DNA of 64,000 nucleotides from IMG/VR virus record IMGVR_UViG_3300027708_000013; one strand, 5' to 3'. Origin of the DNA: a virus. Taxonomy: Duplodnaviria > Caudoviricetes. Below, piece by piece: positions 55,122-64,000 of this stretch (the first letter of the stretch is position 1; every line of letters begins with the position of its first letter). The position numbers and the translations under genes are program-made. The notes below the pieces were generated by a model that had not been told where the DNA came from, made no database searches, and worked only from the letters and a program-made list of their open reading frames with translations.

Positions 55122-58100
55122 ATGTCTATCACTACACGTCAAACAAATTTATTGGTAAACCAGGACTGGACTACCCTGTACCAGAGTTTTCAAAATGCCA
55201 ACTTTCAAAGCTATGACTTTGAAACCATACGCAAAAGCATGATCGATTATCTGCGTAACTACTATCCAGAAGATTTTAATGATTTTACAGAAAGCTCAGA
55301 GTACATAGCATTAATTGACTTGATTGCTTTTTTAGGACAGAGTCTAGCATTTAGAACAGATTTAAATGCACGTGAAAGTTTTTTTGACACTGCACAAAGA
55401 CGTGACAGTATTTTAAAACTGGCCAGTTTAATCAATTACAATGCCAAACGTACTGTACCTGCTGCGGGCTATTTGAAAATTGACAGCATCACCACCAGCG
55501 AGAGTGTGACAGACAGCAACGGCCTAGATCTAGCCAACCTGTTGATCAATTGGAATGACACCACCAACGAAGATTGGCAAGAACAATTCACTGCCATATT
55601 TAATGCTGCTTTAATTAACAATCAAAACATCGGCACTCCGGGCAACACACAAGACATCAATGGCATCATGACCAGTGAGTACAGCATTAATTTATTGGGC
55701 GGAGTGATTCCCACTTACACTTTCAATGCCACAATAGAAGGCACCAGTACACCGTTTGAAGCAGTGAGTGCCACATCAGCAGGACAAAGTTATGTATACG
55801 AAGCCAGTCCGGCACCCAGTGGAAAATTCAATATCCTGTATCAAAATGACAATCTTGGCAATGCCAGCAACAACACCGGGTATTTTGTTTACTTTAAACA
55901 AGGTACACTGAACAATTTAGTTTTAAACCTACAACAGAGTTTACCCAATCGCATAGTCAATGTCAACTACGACAACATCAACAACACAGATGTTTGGTTG
56001 TATAAACTTGACAATGCTGGAGTACCCAATACCATATGGAGCAGTGTTCCTGCTGTGGCCGGCATCAACATCATTTACAATCAAAGCACCAATCGTAACT
56101 TGTATCAGATCAATACCAGAGCCAATGATCAAATTGATTTAGTATTTGGTGACGGTAGTTTTGCCAACATTCCGCAGGGAAATTTCCAATTATTTTATCG
56201 AGTCAGCAACGGATTAAATTATAAAATTACTCCCGACGAAATGCAAAACATTGTGATTGCTTTAAACTATGTCAGTAAGAGCAACAGAGTAGAAACGCTG
56301 ACTGTACGTGCCAGTTTATACTACACAGTGACCAATGCTGCCACAAGAGAACTAGTGGACGACATTCGTGTAAAAGCACCACAGCAGTACTATACACAGA
56401 ACAGAATGATCACAGGTGAAGACTATAATCTTTTCCCGTACACCAACTTCAGTAGCATTTTAAAAGTCAAGGCAGTGAACAGAACCAGTTCCGGTATCAG
56501 TAGATATCTAGATGTGCTGGATGTCACTGGAAAATATTCCAGTACCAACATGTTTGGTACAGATGGTTGGTTGTATAAACAAAATTCTGTGCCCAGCTCA
56601 ACGTTTGGCTTTGCATCAACCAACGACATAAACAATGTAATTTACAACACAGTAATACCTATTTTAAACAGTACAGAAGTTAAGCATTTCTATTATGCCA
56701 ATTACACAAGATATACACCTGCTGTGACCACCACGTGGACACAGGCCACGGCCAATTCTGGTAGCAGCACTGGTTACTTGACCAACGGAACTGTAATTCA
56801 AACGGTTGGATACGTAACCAACACCAACTTTAAATATATCACTAACGGAACACTATTAAAATTCACAGCCGGCACAGGAAATTATTTCAATGCACAAAAC
56901 GTAATAGTGTCTGGTACTCCGGTATATGAAAATGATAAAAAATATATTTGGGTAGCAGTGGCATCTGTTGCCAACAGTAATACATTACAAATAACACAAA
57001 ACATACCCACAGGTGCTGTGCTTGAAAGTATTATTCCTGTGTTTAAAAATGATTTCAGTAACTTGGCATTTGTTAGCACCATGGTTAATTTGATAAAGAG
57101 TTATAAAAACTTTGGAATCAGATACGATGTACCCTCACAAACTTGGAAAATTATTGCACCAGCCGATTTAAACACTACCTCGGCATTCAGCTTGGCCAAT
57201 ACAGGTGATACCACGGGTGGGGGACTAGACAGCAGTTGGATAGTATCCTTTGCCTACAACGGTGTCAACTACAATCTAGCCCATCGTAATTTAAAATATG
57301 TATTTGAAAGTTTAGAACAAACACGTTTTTACTTTGATCCAAAAGTAAAAGTATTTGACAGCAAATCCGGAGCAACTGTGATTGATCAGGTATCGATATT
57401 AAAAAACAACACAGCACCTGACAGTTTAACCACAGCATTGGGACAAGATCAATTATGGTACATTTACAACAATGTTGTCACAGCGGATGGAAGAATTGAC
57501 TATACACAGGTATTGGTTACTTTTAGTGCTGTCAACAATGACGGTGTTCCTGATGATCCAGATATTTTTACCAATGTTGCCAACACTGCAACCACAGGTA
57601 AGTATGTATTTTTTCAACAGGTCACTGATGCCAACACCAACGTTGGAAACTTTTTAACAGCCGCTCCGGTTGACAACAGCTTGATAGTGACAACCTATAC
57701 CACTCAAAGTGCTATATTAACCAATCAAAATTTATATGTTGATGGGCAAGTATTTTATGCCACCAGCGAAGATAAATTTTATGTACTGTCAATTTCTGCT
57801 GCTGGAAACCGTACACTTGCACAGTCTACCAGCTACATAGCCGAAGTTGGAAGACAAAAGTTAAACTTCCAGTATAGACACAACAGCCCAAACACACGCC
57901 GTATAGATCCCAGTCCCAACAATATTATGGACTTGTATTTGTTGACCACAGACTATACCACCGATTACACAGCATGGGTAAGAGATACTACCAATACCTT
58001 GACAGAACCAGCACTGCCAACCAATGAAGAATTAAAATTAACCTATGGTTCTGGTGCCACCAGCTTAGAAAATTACAAAGCACTCAGTGACACAATCATT

Positions 58101-58511
58101 TATAACCCTGGCAGATATAAGCCGGTGTTTGGCGCCAAGGCAGACTCAGCACTGCAAGCCACATTTAAAGTGGTTAAAAATCCAAATTTAACCATCAGCG
58201 ATAATGATGTAATCAGTGGAGTGATTGCTGCAATCAACACTTATTTTGACACAGCCAATTGGAACTTTGGCGAGACATTTTATTTCAGTGAACTAGCTAC
58301 TTATTTGCATAACACACTGGCACCAAACGTGGCCAGTATTATTATTGTGCCAGCCAACACTGATGTGGCGTTTGGTGGACTCATGCAGATTAATTCCAAT
58401 CCAGATGAAATTATCATAAGTTGTGCCACAGCCAGCAATGTACAAATCATCAGTGCCATAACTGCTGCACAAATTAATCAGACCTTGGCCGGGTCAAACA
58501 CAATCGTATAA
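55122..58511 (+). CDS. gp6: Baseplate wedge protein gp6-like (extended)
   Basis: YDFETIRKSMIDYLR, SEYIALIDLIAFLG, TAQRRDSILKLA, TQNRMITGEDY, WNFGETFYFSEL. Confidence 0.9.
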   Translation: MSITTRQTNLLVNQDWTTLYQSFQNANFQSYDFETIRKSMIDYLRNYYPEDFNDFTESSEYIALIDLIAFLGQSLAFRTDLNARESFFDTAQRRDSILKLASLINYNAKRTVPAAGYLKIDSITTSESVTDSNGLDLANLLINWNDTTNEDWQEQFTAIFNAALINNQNIGTPGNTQDINGIMTSEYSINLLGGVIPTYTFNATIEGTSTPFEAVSATSAGQSYVYEASPAPSGKFNILYQNDNLGNASNNTGYFVYFKQGTLNNLVLNLQQSLPNRIVNVNYDNINNTDVWLYKLDNAGVPNTIWSSVPAVAGINIIYNQSTNRNLYQINTRANDQIDLVFGDGSFANIPQGNFQLFYRVSNGLNYKITPDEMQNIVIALNYVSKSNRVETLTVRASLYYTVTNAATRELVDDIRVKAPQQYYTQNRMITGEDYNLFPYTNFSSILKVKAVNRTSSGISRYLDVLDVTGKYSSTNMFGTDGWLYKQNSVPSSTFGFASTNDINNVIYNTVIPILNSTEVKHFYYANYTRYTPAVTTTWTQATANSGSSTGYLTNGTVIQTVGYVTNTNFKYITNGTLLKFTAGTGNYFNAQNVIVSGTPVYENDKKYIWVAVASVANSNTLQITQNIPTGAVLESIIPVFKNDFSNLAFVSTMVNLIKSYKNFGIRYDVPSQTWKIIAPADLNTTSAFSLANTGDTTGGGLDSSWIVSFAYNGVNYNLAHRNLKYVFESLEQTRFYFDPKVKVFDSKSGATVIDQVSILKNNTAPDSLTTALGQDQLWYIYNNVVTADGRIDYTQVLVTFSAVNNDGVPDDPDIFTNVANTATTGKYVFFQQVTDANTNVGNFLTAAPVDNSLIVTTYTTQSAILTNQNLYVDGQVFYATSEDKFYVLSISAAGNRTLAQSTSYIAEVGRQKLNFQYRHNSPNTRRIDPSPNNIMDLYLLTTDYTTDYTAWVRDTTNTLTEPALPTNEELKLTYGSGATSLENYKALSDTIIYNPGRYKPVFGAKADSALQATFKVVKNPNLTISDNDVISGVIAAINTYFDTANWNFGETFYFSELATYLHNTLAPNVASIIIVPANTDVAFGGLMQINSNPDEIIISCATASNVQIISAITAAQINQTLAGSNTIV

Positions 58512-58523
58512 TCGGGAACAGCA

Positions 58524-61500
58524 ATGGCATCAATAAAAACTGCAAATTTTTTACCTGAAGTATTTAGGACAGACACCAATCGTAAGTTCTTGGGTGCTAC
58601 CCTGGACCAATTGGTTACTCCGCCAGACTTGAGAAAAGTCAATGCTTATGTGGGTCGTAAATTTGCACCAACGTATCAAAATTCCAATAACTACCAGCCT
58701 GAGAGCAGTGCGTTAAGACAGAATTATCAACTAGAGCCCAGTGTAGTAGTTAAAAATAAAACTGGCACAGTGGAATTTTTTAGCAGTTATATTGATTTAA
58801 TTAATCAAATTGGATACAGTGGCGGCTTTGTCAACGATCACAGTAGATTGTTTTCCAGTGAAACTTATAGTTTTGATGGCTTATTTGATTTTGACAAATT
58901 TGTAAATTTTAATCAATACTATTGGTTAACCGACGGACCAACCACAGTGGAAGTGTTTGGTGCCGGTGTGGATCAAACTCAAACTTTCACCGTGACAAGA
59001 GATGCCGGCAATGGAGCCTATCGTTTTTCTGGATCAGGGTTGGCAAAAAATCCAGCCGTGCGGTTAGCCCGTGGCGGTACTTATCAGTTTGTAGTAAATC
59101 AACCTGGTTATCCTTTTTGGATTCAAAGCACTATAGGCACATCGGGATTAAAAAACAATCAAAGTAATTTAAGCAGTAGAGACATCTTGGGAATAGAAAA
59201 CAATGGCACCGATGTGGGCACCATTACATTTCGAGTTCCGCAATCCACAGCACAAGATTATTACATTTACATGCAATACCCCAATAATGATATTGGGTCG
59301 GGCACTGTGGATACTTCAACTGATTTGCATTACAATCAAATTCAAGGCGCCACGCTTAGCCAATTGGCGGCCCTGGGCGGACTTGACGGAGTAAAATCGC
59401 AGTTATTGGGTAAAACTTTTATCTTTACCAACAGTGATATTGATGATGCCTATTGGACAGTCGACGGAAACACTGTACCCAAAGCCACACGTAGGAATGT
59501 TTGGCAAATTCAAGCTGTTGATCCATTGGCCCAAGACCCGGTTATTAGTTTGATATCAATCACCACTGTGACAAAAAATCAAAAAATTTATGTAGCCAGT
59601 GGACAAAACTATGCAGAATATAGTTTTTATTTAGACCAACAGTTTCTTACGTACAAACAAATTCCAAACATCACAGCACCGTTGTCTACCATTTATTATC
59701 AAGATGGTGTCAGTGCCGGATATGCGGGACAATTTAATCTTGTTGCAATTGATGACAACACATTAAAAGTTGATGATGACATTGTGGGTAAAGCAGATTA
59801 TACCAGCCCCAACGGTGTTGTATTCACCAACGGATTAAAAATTCAATTTGATGCCAGTGCTGTGCCTGCCACTTATGCCAACAACGCATATTATGTTGAG
59901 GGTGTAGGAACTGCTATACAATTATTATTAGCAACAAATTTTCAAACACCGGAGCCATATGCTGCCAACGGCATTGGCACTCCGGACTACATTACAATCA
60001 ATCGTGCCAGTCAAGATTTAAATCCGTGGACACGTAGTAATCGTTGGTTCCACATTGATGTTATCAAAGCCGCAGCCTCTTACAACAACGAAGTACCAGT
60101 ATTTGACCAAAACGTCAGAGCCAACCGTCCCATTATTGAATTTGAAGCTGATTTGCAACTTTATAATTTTGGACGTGTGGCAAAAACTCCAGTAGACATA
60201 TTTGACTTGACTACAACAGATGCACGTAACACAGTTGAGCTTAGTGGGTCGTTTCAATTAAACGGGGTCTCATTACAAAACGGGCAACGTGTGGTGTTTG
60301 CCAATGATTTTGATCCCACAGTGAGAAATCAAATATTTGTTATCAACATTTCGGAGATCAGTCAAACTCCTGTTATTACTTTAAGTCTGGCAGAAGACAG
60401 TGAGACCAGCACTTACAATAATTTAATTGTGTTACAAGGAGCCAACAAAGGCACAGAATATTGGTTCAACGGTAGCAACTGGATTGCAGGGCAACAAAAG
60501 ACTGGGGTCAATCAAACTCCCATGTTTGATGTATACGACGGCAATGGCATCAGCCTGGGCGACGTTACAATATATCCCGCATCTACTTTTGCTACTGCTA
60601 CTAATAATCTTGGAACTGTTGTTGGAGGAACAAAAATCTTTTCATACCAACCAGGCACTGGTGTTGATGACCAAATCTTAGGTTTCCCTTTGAGTTATAG
60701 AACATTTAATCAAGTTGGTGATATACAGTTCAATAACAATTTTGATACAGATGTATTTTCATACACAGCCGCCTCTGCCACACAAACAGAAAATATTCAT
60801 TCTGCGGGCACACTAAGAAAAAATTCTGGACTTGTTGCCAGTGCCGCAAGAAATTCGTGGGCCAAAGTTACTGAACCCAGCCGTCAGTATCAGCTGATAA
60901 GTGGAGTGTATGATGGTGTAAATCGTTATTTTGAAATTGACATACGACCTGAAGCTAGAACCACAATACCTTATTTTAAAGTTTTTAAAAACTTTGTCGA
61001 ATTGACCACTGCACAATTTCAAACAGTATCAGCCGGTGTTAAACTGTATGTAAAAATAACAGACTCCACCTTGGCCATTGACGATAAAATAGATATTTTG
61101 ATTTACAGCAAAACAGTCAGTGCCTTGGGTTATTATCAAGTTCCGGATAACCTAAACTTCAACACTGAAAACACTAATTTTTCTAGTTTAACTTTGGGAC
61201 AGTTGCGTAACCACTTGGTAACATTGGTGTCCAACAGCAATCAAGTCACAGGTTCAGCATTTGGTGCTAATAATCTCAGAGATAGACCCATCAAAGCTCA
61301 AGGCGGAAATATTTTACAAAACGCCAGCCCAGTGTTGTACAGTGAATTATTTTTAGTTGATCCCGAAATTAATTTCTTAAAAGGCTTAGAACTGGCCAGA
61401 CACAATTACGGCAGAATTAAAAACAAAATACTTGAATCGGCTGTTAAATTAAAAACCATTGACACCAACGACATTCCAGGCATGTTGGACTCTATATTGT

Positions 61501-64000
61501 TGACTATTAACAGTGTTAAGAACAGCTCGTTCCCGTGGTATTATAGTGACATGGTTCCATATGGTCCGTTAAAAAATACTATTACTTACACAGTGATTGA
61601 TGCTGAACAGATAGATTACGAAATAACAAACATTTTTGTTGATACTGAGTTGAGCAATCAATCGGTACTGGTATATGTCAACAATGTGCAATTGACCAAA
61701 GGTCAAGACTATGTGTTTGATACCACACGTGCCGGTATTACGTTTAAAATCTCATTGGCTGTGGACGATGTAATTACAATCAACGAGTACAGTGACACTG
61801 ACGGAAATTATATTCCTGAAACTCCGACTAAATTAGGATTGTATCCTAAATTTACTCCTAAAATTTATTTAGATGAAACTTATGTCGATCCTATCAATGT
61901 AATACAAGGACATGACGGCAGTATAACACCAGCATTTAACGATTTCAGAGATCAATTGCTGTTGGAATTTGAATTGCGTATTTACAACAATATCAAAATT
62001 GATGCCACTGTGGTCAGTAACAACATCTATGACACAGTTCCGGGAAAATTTCGTACAACAGATTACACCAATGCAGAGTTTACAAGATTATTAAGCAGAA
62101 GCTTTTTGCAATGGGTTGGTGCCAATAGAGTTGACTTTACCAGTAATACGTATTTTGTTGGAGACGATCCATTCACTTGGAACTTCAGCAGATTCTTTGA
62201 CACAGTCAACGGAGAAGCCTTGCCGGGAACTTGGCGTGCCATTTATCAATATTTTTACGACACTGTAGCCCCTAACACAGCACCGTGGGAAATGTTGGGC
62301 TTTAGCGAACAACCCCTTTGGTGGGAAACACGTTATGGTGTTGCACCCTACACCGGTGGAAATTTAGTATTATGGGGCGACTTAGAAGTTGGCTATGTTT
62401 GGAACAACGGTGACAGTTATACTGATGCAAGATTTGCACGTCCGGGATTGTTGAGTATTATCCCTGTAGACGAAAACGGCAATTTACGCAATCCTGCACA
62501 ATTTTTAGTAAAGTCTTTCAACAGTAACCAAGCCAATGGCAGTTATGCAGTGGGACAACAAGGTCCAGTAGAAACAGCTTGGCGTCGCAGTAGCGATTAT
62601 CCTTATGCTGTGCAAGAAGCCATTGCACTGGCAAGACCAGGATATTTCTTTGGTACCTTGATGGATGTCACTAGATATTACAAAGATACCATGCTGGATC
62701 AATATGTATTGAGTGACAGTTTGCAACGCATAACTCCGGGGGCAATTCGTATTAATGGCCAAAGCTCTGGCACCAGCATTCGTCGAGTGGCCGGTTACAT
62801 AAACTGGATAGCTGAATATTTACGTGGACAGGGAATAGAACCGGTCGACAAAATTTCTGGATACTTGGACTCGGTCACTGTGCAATTGGCTTATAAAATG
62901 GCCGGATACAGTGATAAATCATTTTTACAAGTATTGGCGGAACAAGCAAGTCCCACCAGTACCACCAACAGTGTGGTAATACCAGCAGAAAACTACACAC
63001 TGGAATTGTATAAATCAACTCCAGTTAAAACAGTTGCCTACAGTGCAGTTATAGTAGAAAAAAGCGAAAACGGTTATACGGTGAGTGGTTACGACACCAG
63101 TAATCCTTACTTTACTATTATTCCCAGTTTGGCCAATAACAATGCTTATCCCGTAACAGTGTTGAACGACACCGGCATAGTGTATCAAGATTATCAAAAA
63201 TACAAGATCACAGTGCCTTATGGATTTGAGTTTACCAATAAACAACAAGTGGTGGATTTCTTAATCAGTTATGAAAGATACTTAATTGGCAGTGGATTTG
63301 TTCTTGCTGATAAAGATCCCAACTTAGAAACACAAAGAGATTTTAAACTCAGTGTTCAAGAATTTTTAGCCTGGAGCCAGCAGGGCTGGGCAGTGGGCAC
63401 TGTTATGATATTAAGTCCTGTGCTGAATCACTTGACTGTGAACAGCACGTCAGGAGTGGTTGATAAGATAGAAAATGCACCATTGCAGTCTAGAATCTTA
63501 GACCCTGAATTTAATTTTATCAAGTACAACGAACTCACAGTGACAAGAACAGATAATGTGTTTACATTGACTGCTGTATCTGGCCGTACCATTGCTTTGG
63601 CTGTGTTGGACATAGTGGAATATGAACATGTAGTAATTTTTGACAACGTCACGGTGTTCAACGATGTGATCTATGTACCTAGTTTGGGTAACAGACAGTA
63701 CAGATTAAAATTGATAGGGCAAAAAACTGGATCGTGGACTGGTGCATTAAATCCTCCAGGATTTGTTTACAACAGTAGCACAGTAGATGTATGGCAACCG
63801 GGAGTTGATTACTTGTTGGGCAGTTTGGTTACATACAAAGATGTTTATTATACCAACACACAAAATTTAACAGCCACCAACACATTTTCTCCTTCACAAT
63901 GGAAACGTCTCAACAAGAATCAAATACAAACAGGACTACTACCAAACTTTAGTTACAATGCCGGCAAGTCACTGAGATATAACAATTTCAATGACCCAGA
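58524..64000 (+). CDS. Giant baseplate wedge-like protein (gp7-like), truncated at the right edge; absent from ORF track
   Basis: ATG 58524: MASIKTANFLPEVFRTDTNRKFLGATLDQL...RQNYQLEP...FDKFVNFNQYYW; the window end reads in the same frame (...NNFNDP), implying more than 1800 codons. Confidence 0.8.
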   Translation, partial: MASIKTANFLPEVFRTDTNRKFLGATLDQLVTPPDLRKVNAYVGRKFAPTYQNSNNYQPESSALRQNYQLEPSVVVKNKTGTVEFFSSYIDLINQIGYSGGFVNDHSRLFSSETYSFDGLFDFDKFVNFNQYYWLTDGPTTVEVFGAGVDQTQTFTVTRDAGNGAYRFSGSGLAKNPAVRLARGGTYQFVVNQPGYPFWIQSTIGTSGLKNNQSNLSSRDILGIENNGTDVGTITFRVPQSTAQDYYIYMQYPNNDIGSGTVDTSTDLHYNQIQGATLSQLAALGGLDGVKSQLLGKTFIFTNSDIDDAYWTVDGNTVPKATRRNVWQIQAVDPLAQDPVISLISITTVTKNQKIYVASGQNYAEYSFYLDQQFLTYKQIPNITAPLSTIYYQDGVSAGYAGQFNLVAIDDNTLKVDDDIVGKADYTSPNGVVFTNGLKIQFDASAVPATYANNAYYVEGVGTAIQLLLATNFQTPEPYAANGIGTPDYITINRASQDLNPWTRSNRWFHIDVIKAAASYNNEVPVFDQNVRANRPIIEFEADLQLYNFGRVAKTPVDIFDLTTTDARNTVELSGSFQLNGVSLQNGQRVVFANDFDPTVRNQIFVINISEISQTPVITLSLAEDSETSTYNNLIVLQGANKGTEYWFNGSNWIAGQQKTGVNQTPMFDVYDGNGISLGDVTIYPASTFATATNNLGTVVGGTKIFSYQPGTGVDDQILGFPLSYRTFNQVGDIQFNNNFDTDVFSYTAASATQTENIHSAGTLRKNSGLVASAARNSWAKVTEPSRQYQLISGVYDGVNRYFEIDIRPEARTTIPYFKVFKNFVELTTAQFQTVSAGVKLYVKITDSTLAIDDKIDILIYSKTVSALGYYQVPDNLNFNTENTNFSSLTLGQLRNHLVTLVSNSNQVTGSAFGANNLRDRPIKAQGGNILQNASPVLYSELFLVDPEINFLKGLELARHNYGRIKNKILESAVKLKTIDTNDIPGMLDSILLTINSVKNSSFPWYYSDMVPYGPLKNTITYTVIDAEQIDYEITNIFVDTELSNQSVLVYVNNVQLTKGQDYVFDTTRAGITFKISLAVDDVITINEYSDTDGNYIPETPTKLGLYPKFTPKIYLDETYVDPINVIQGHDGSITPAFNDFRDQLLLEFELRIYNNIKIDATVVSNNIYDTVPGKFRTTDYTNAEFTRLLSRSFLQWVGANRVDFTSNTYFVGDDPFTWNFSRFFDTVNGEALPGTWRAIYQYFYDTVAPNTAPWEMLGFSEQPLWWETRYGVAPYTGGNLVLWGDLEVGYVWNNGDSYTDARFARPGLLSIIPVDENGNLRNPAQFLVKSFNSNQANGSYAVGQQGPVETAWRRSSDYPYAVQEAIALARPGYFFGTLMDVTRYYKDTMLDQYVLSDSLQRITPGAIRINGQSSGTSIRRVAGYINWIAEYLRGQGIEPVDKISGYLDSVTVQLAYKMAGYSDKSFLQVLAEQASPTSTTNSVVIPAENYTLELYKSTPVKTVAYSAVIVEKSENGYTVSGYDTSNPYFTIIPSLANNNAYPVTVLNDTGIVYQDYQKYKITVPYGFEFTNKQQVVDFLISYERYLIGSGFVLADKDPNLETQRDFKLSVQEFLAWSQQGWAVGTVMILSPVLNHLTVNSTSGVVDKIENAPLQSRILDPEFNFIKYNELTVTRTDNVFTLTAVSGRTIALAVLDIVEYEHVVIFDNVTVFNDVIYVPSLGNRQYRLKLIGQKTGSWTGALNPPGFVYNSSTVDVWQPGVDYLLGSLVTYKDVYYTNTQNLTATNTFSPSQWKRLNKNQIQTGLLPNFSYNAGKSLRYNNFNDP

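Noticed and set aside
1-64000. Stop-codon reassignment, as seen in some large phages
   Set aside because: Core genes (gp23, gp20, gp46, gp6) are full length under the standard code, and TAA, TAG and TGA all end genes.

Overview
A 64-kb segment of a large T4-like (gp-numbered) myophage genome, standard genetic code, covering the virion morphogenesis region. It contains the tail sheath 5' end, neck and tail-completion genes (gp13/14/15), and a ~17-kb block of Thr/Asn/Ser-rich repeat fibre and decoration genes. It also holds the head module (gp23, gp22, gp21, core proteins, gp20), a tape-measure-like gene, gp26/gp51, the gp46/gp47 recombination nuclease interleaved with four radical SAM genes, the late sigma factor gp55 and the baseplate module (gp54/48-like, gp53, hub, gp5, gp25, gp6 and a giant gp7-like ORF running off the right end). 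Two promoter classes are visible: sigma70-like TTGACN-17/18-TATAAT and late TAAATA. Many of both place the ATG 5-7 nt downstream, suggesting leaderless mRNAs. Best leads: (1) a ~390-nt non-coding, densely base-paired, pseudoknotted element directly after a small GIY-YIG nuclease gene, a candidate nuclease-associated large ncRNA; (2) a 1459-aa gp5 spike with five predicted hydrolase domains, including an SGNH esterase inserted inside a lysozyme-like domain; (3) four radical SAM genes inside the gp46/47 operon; (4) a Maf/DUF115-like glycosyltransferase next to Ser/Thr-rich repeat fibres; (5) a structured 5' leader after gp23. No tRNA, rRNA, CRISPR array, integrase or transposase was seen. All family calls come from motif recognition by eye, not database searches.
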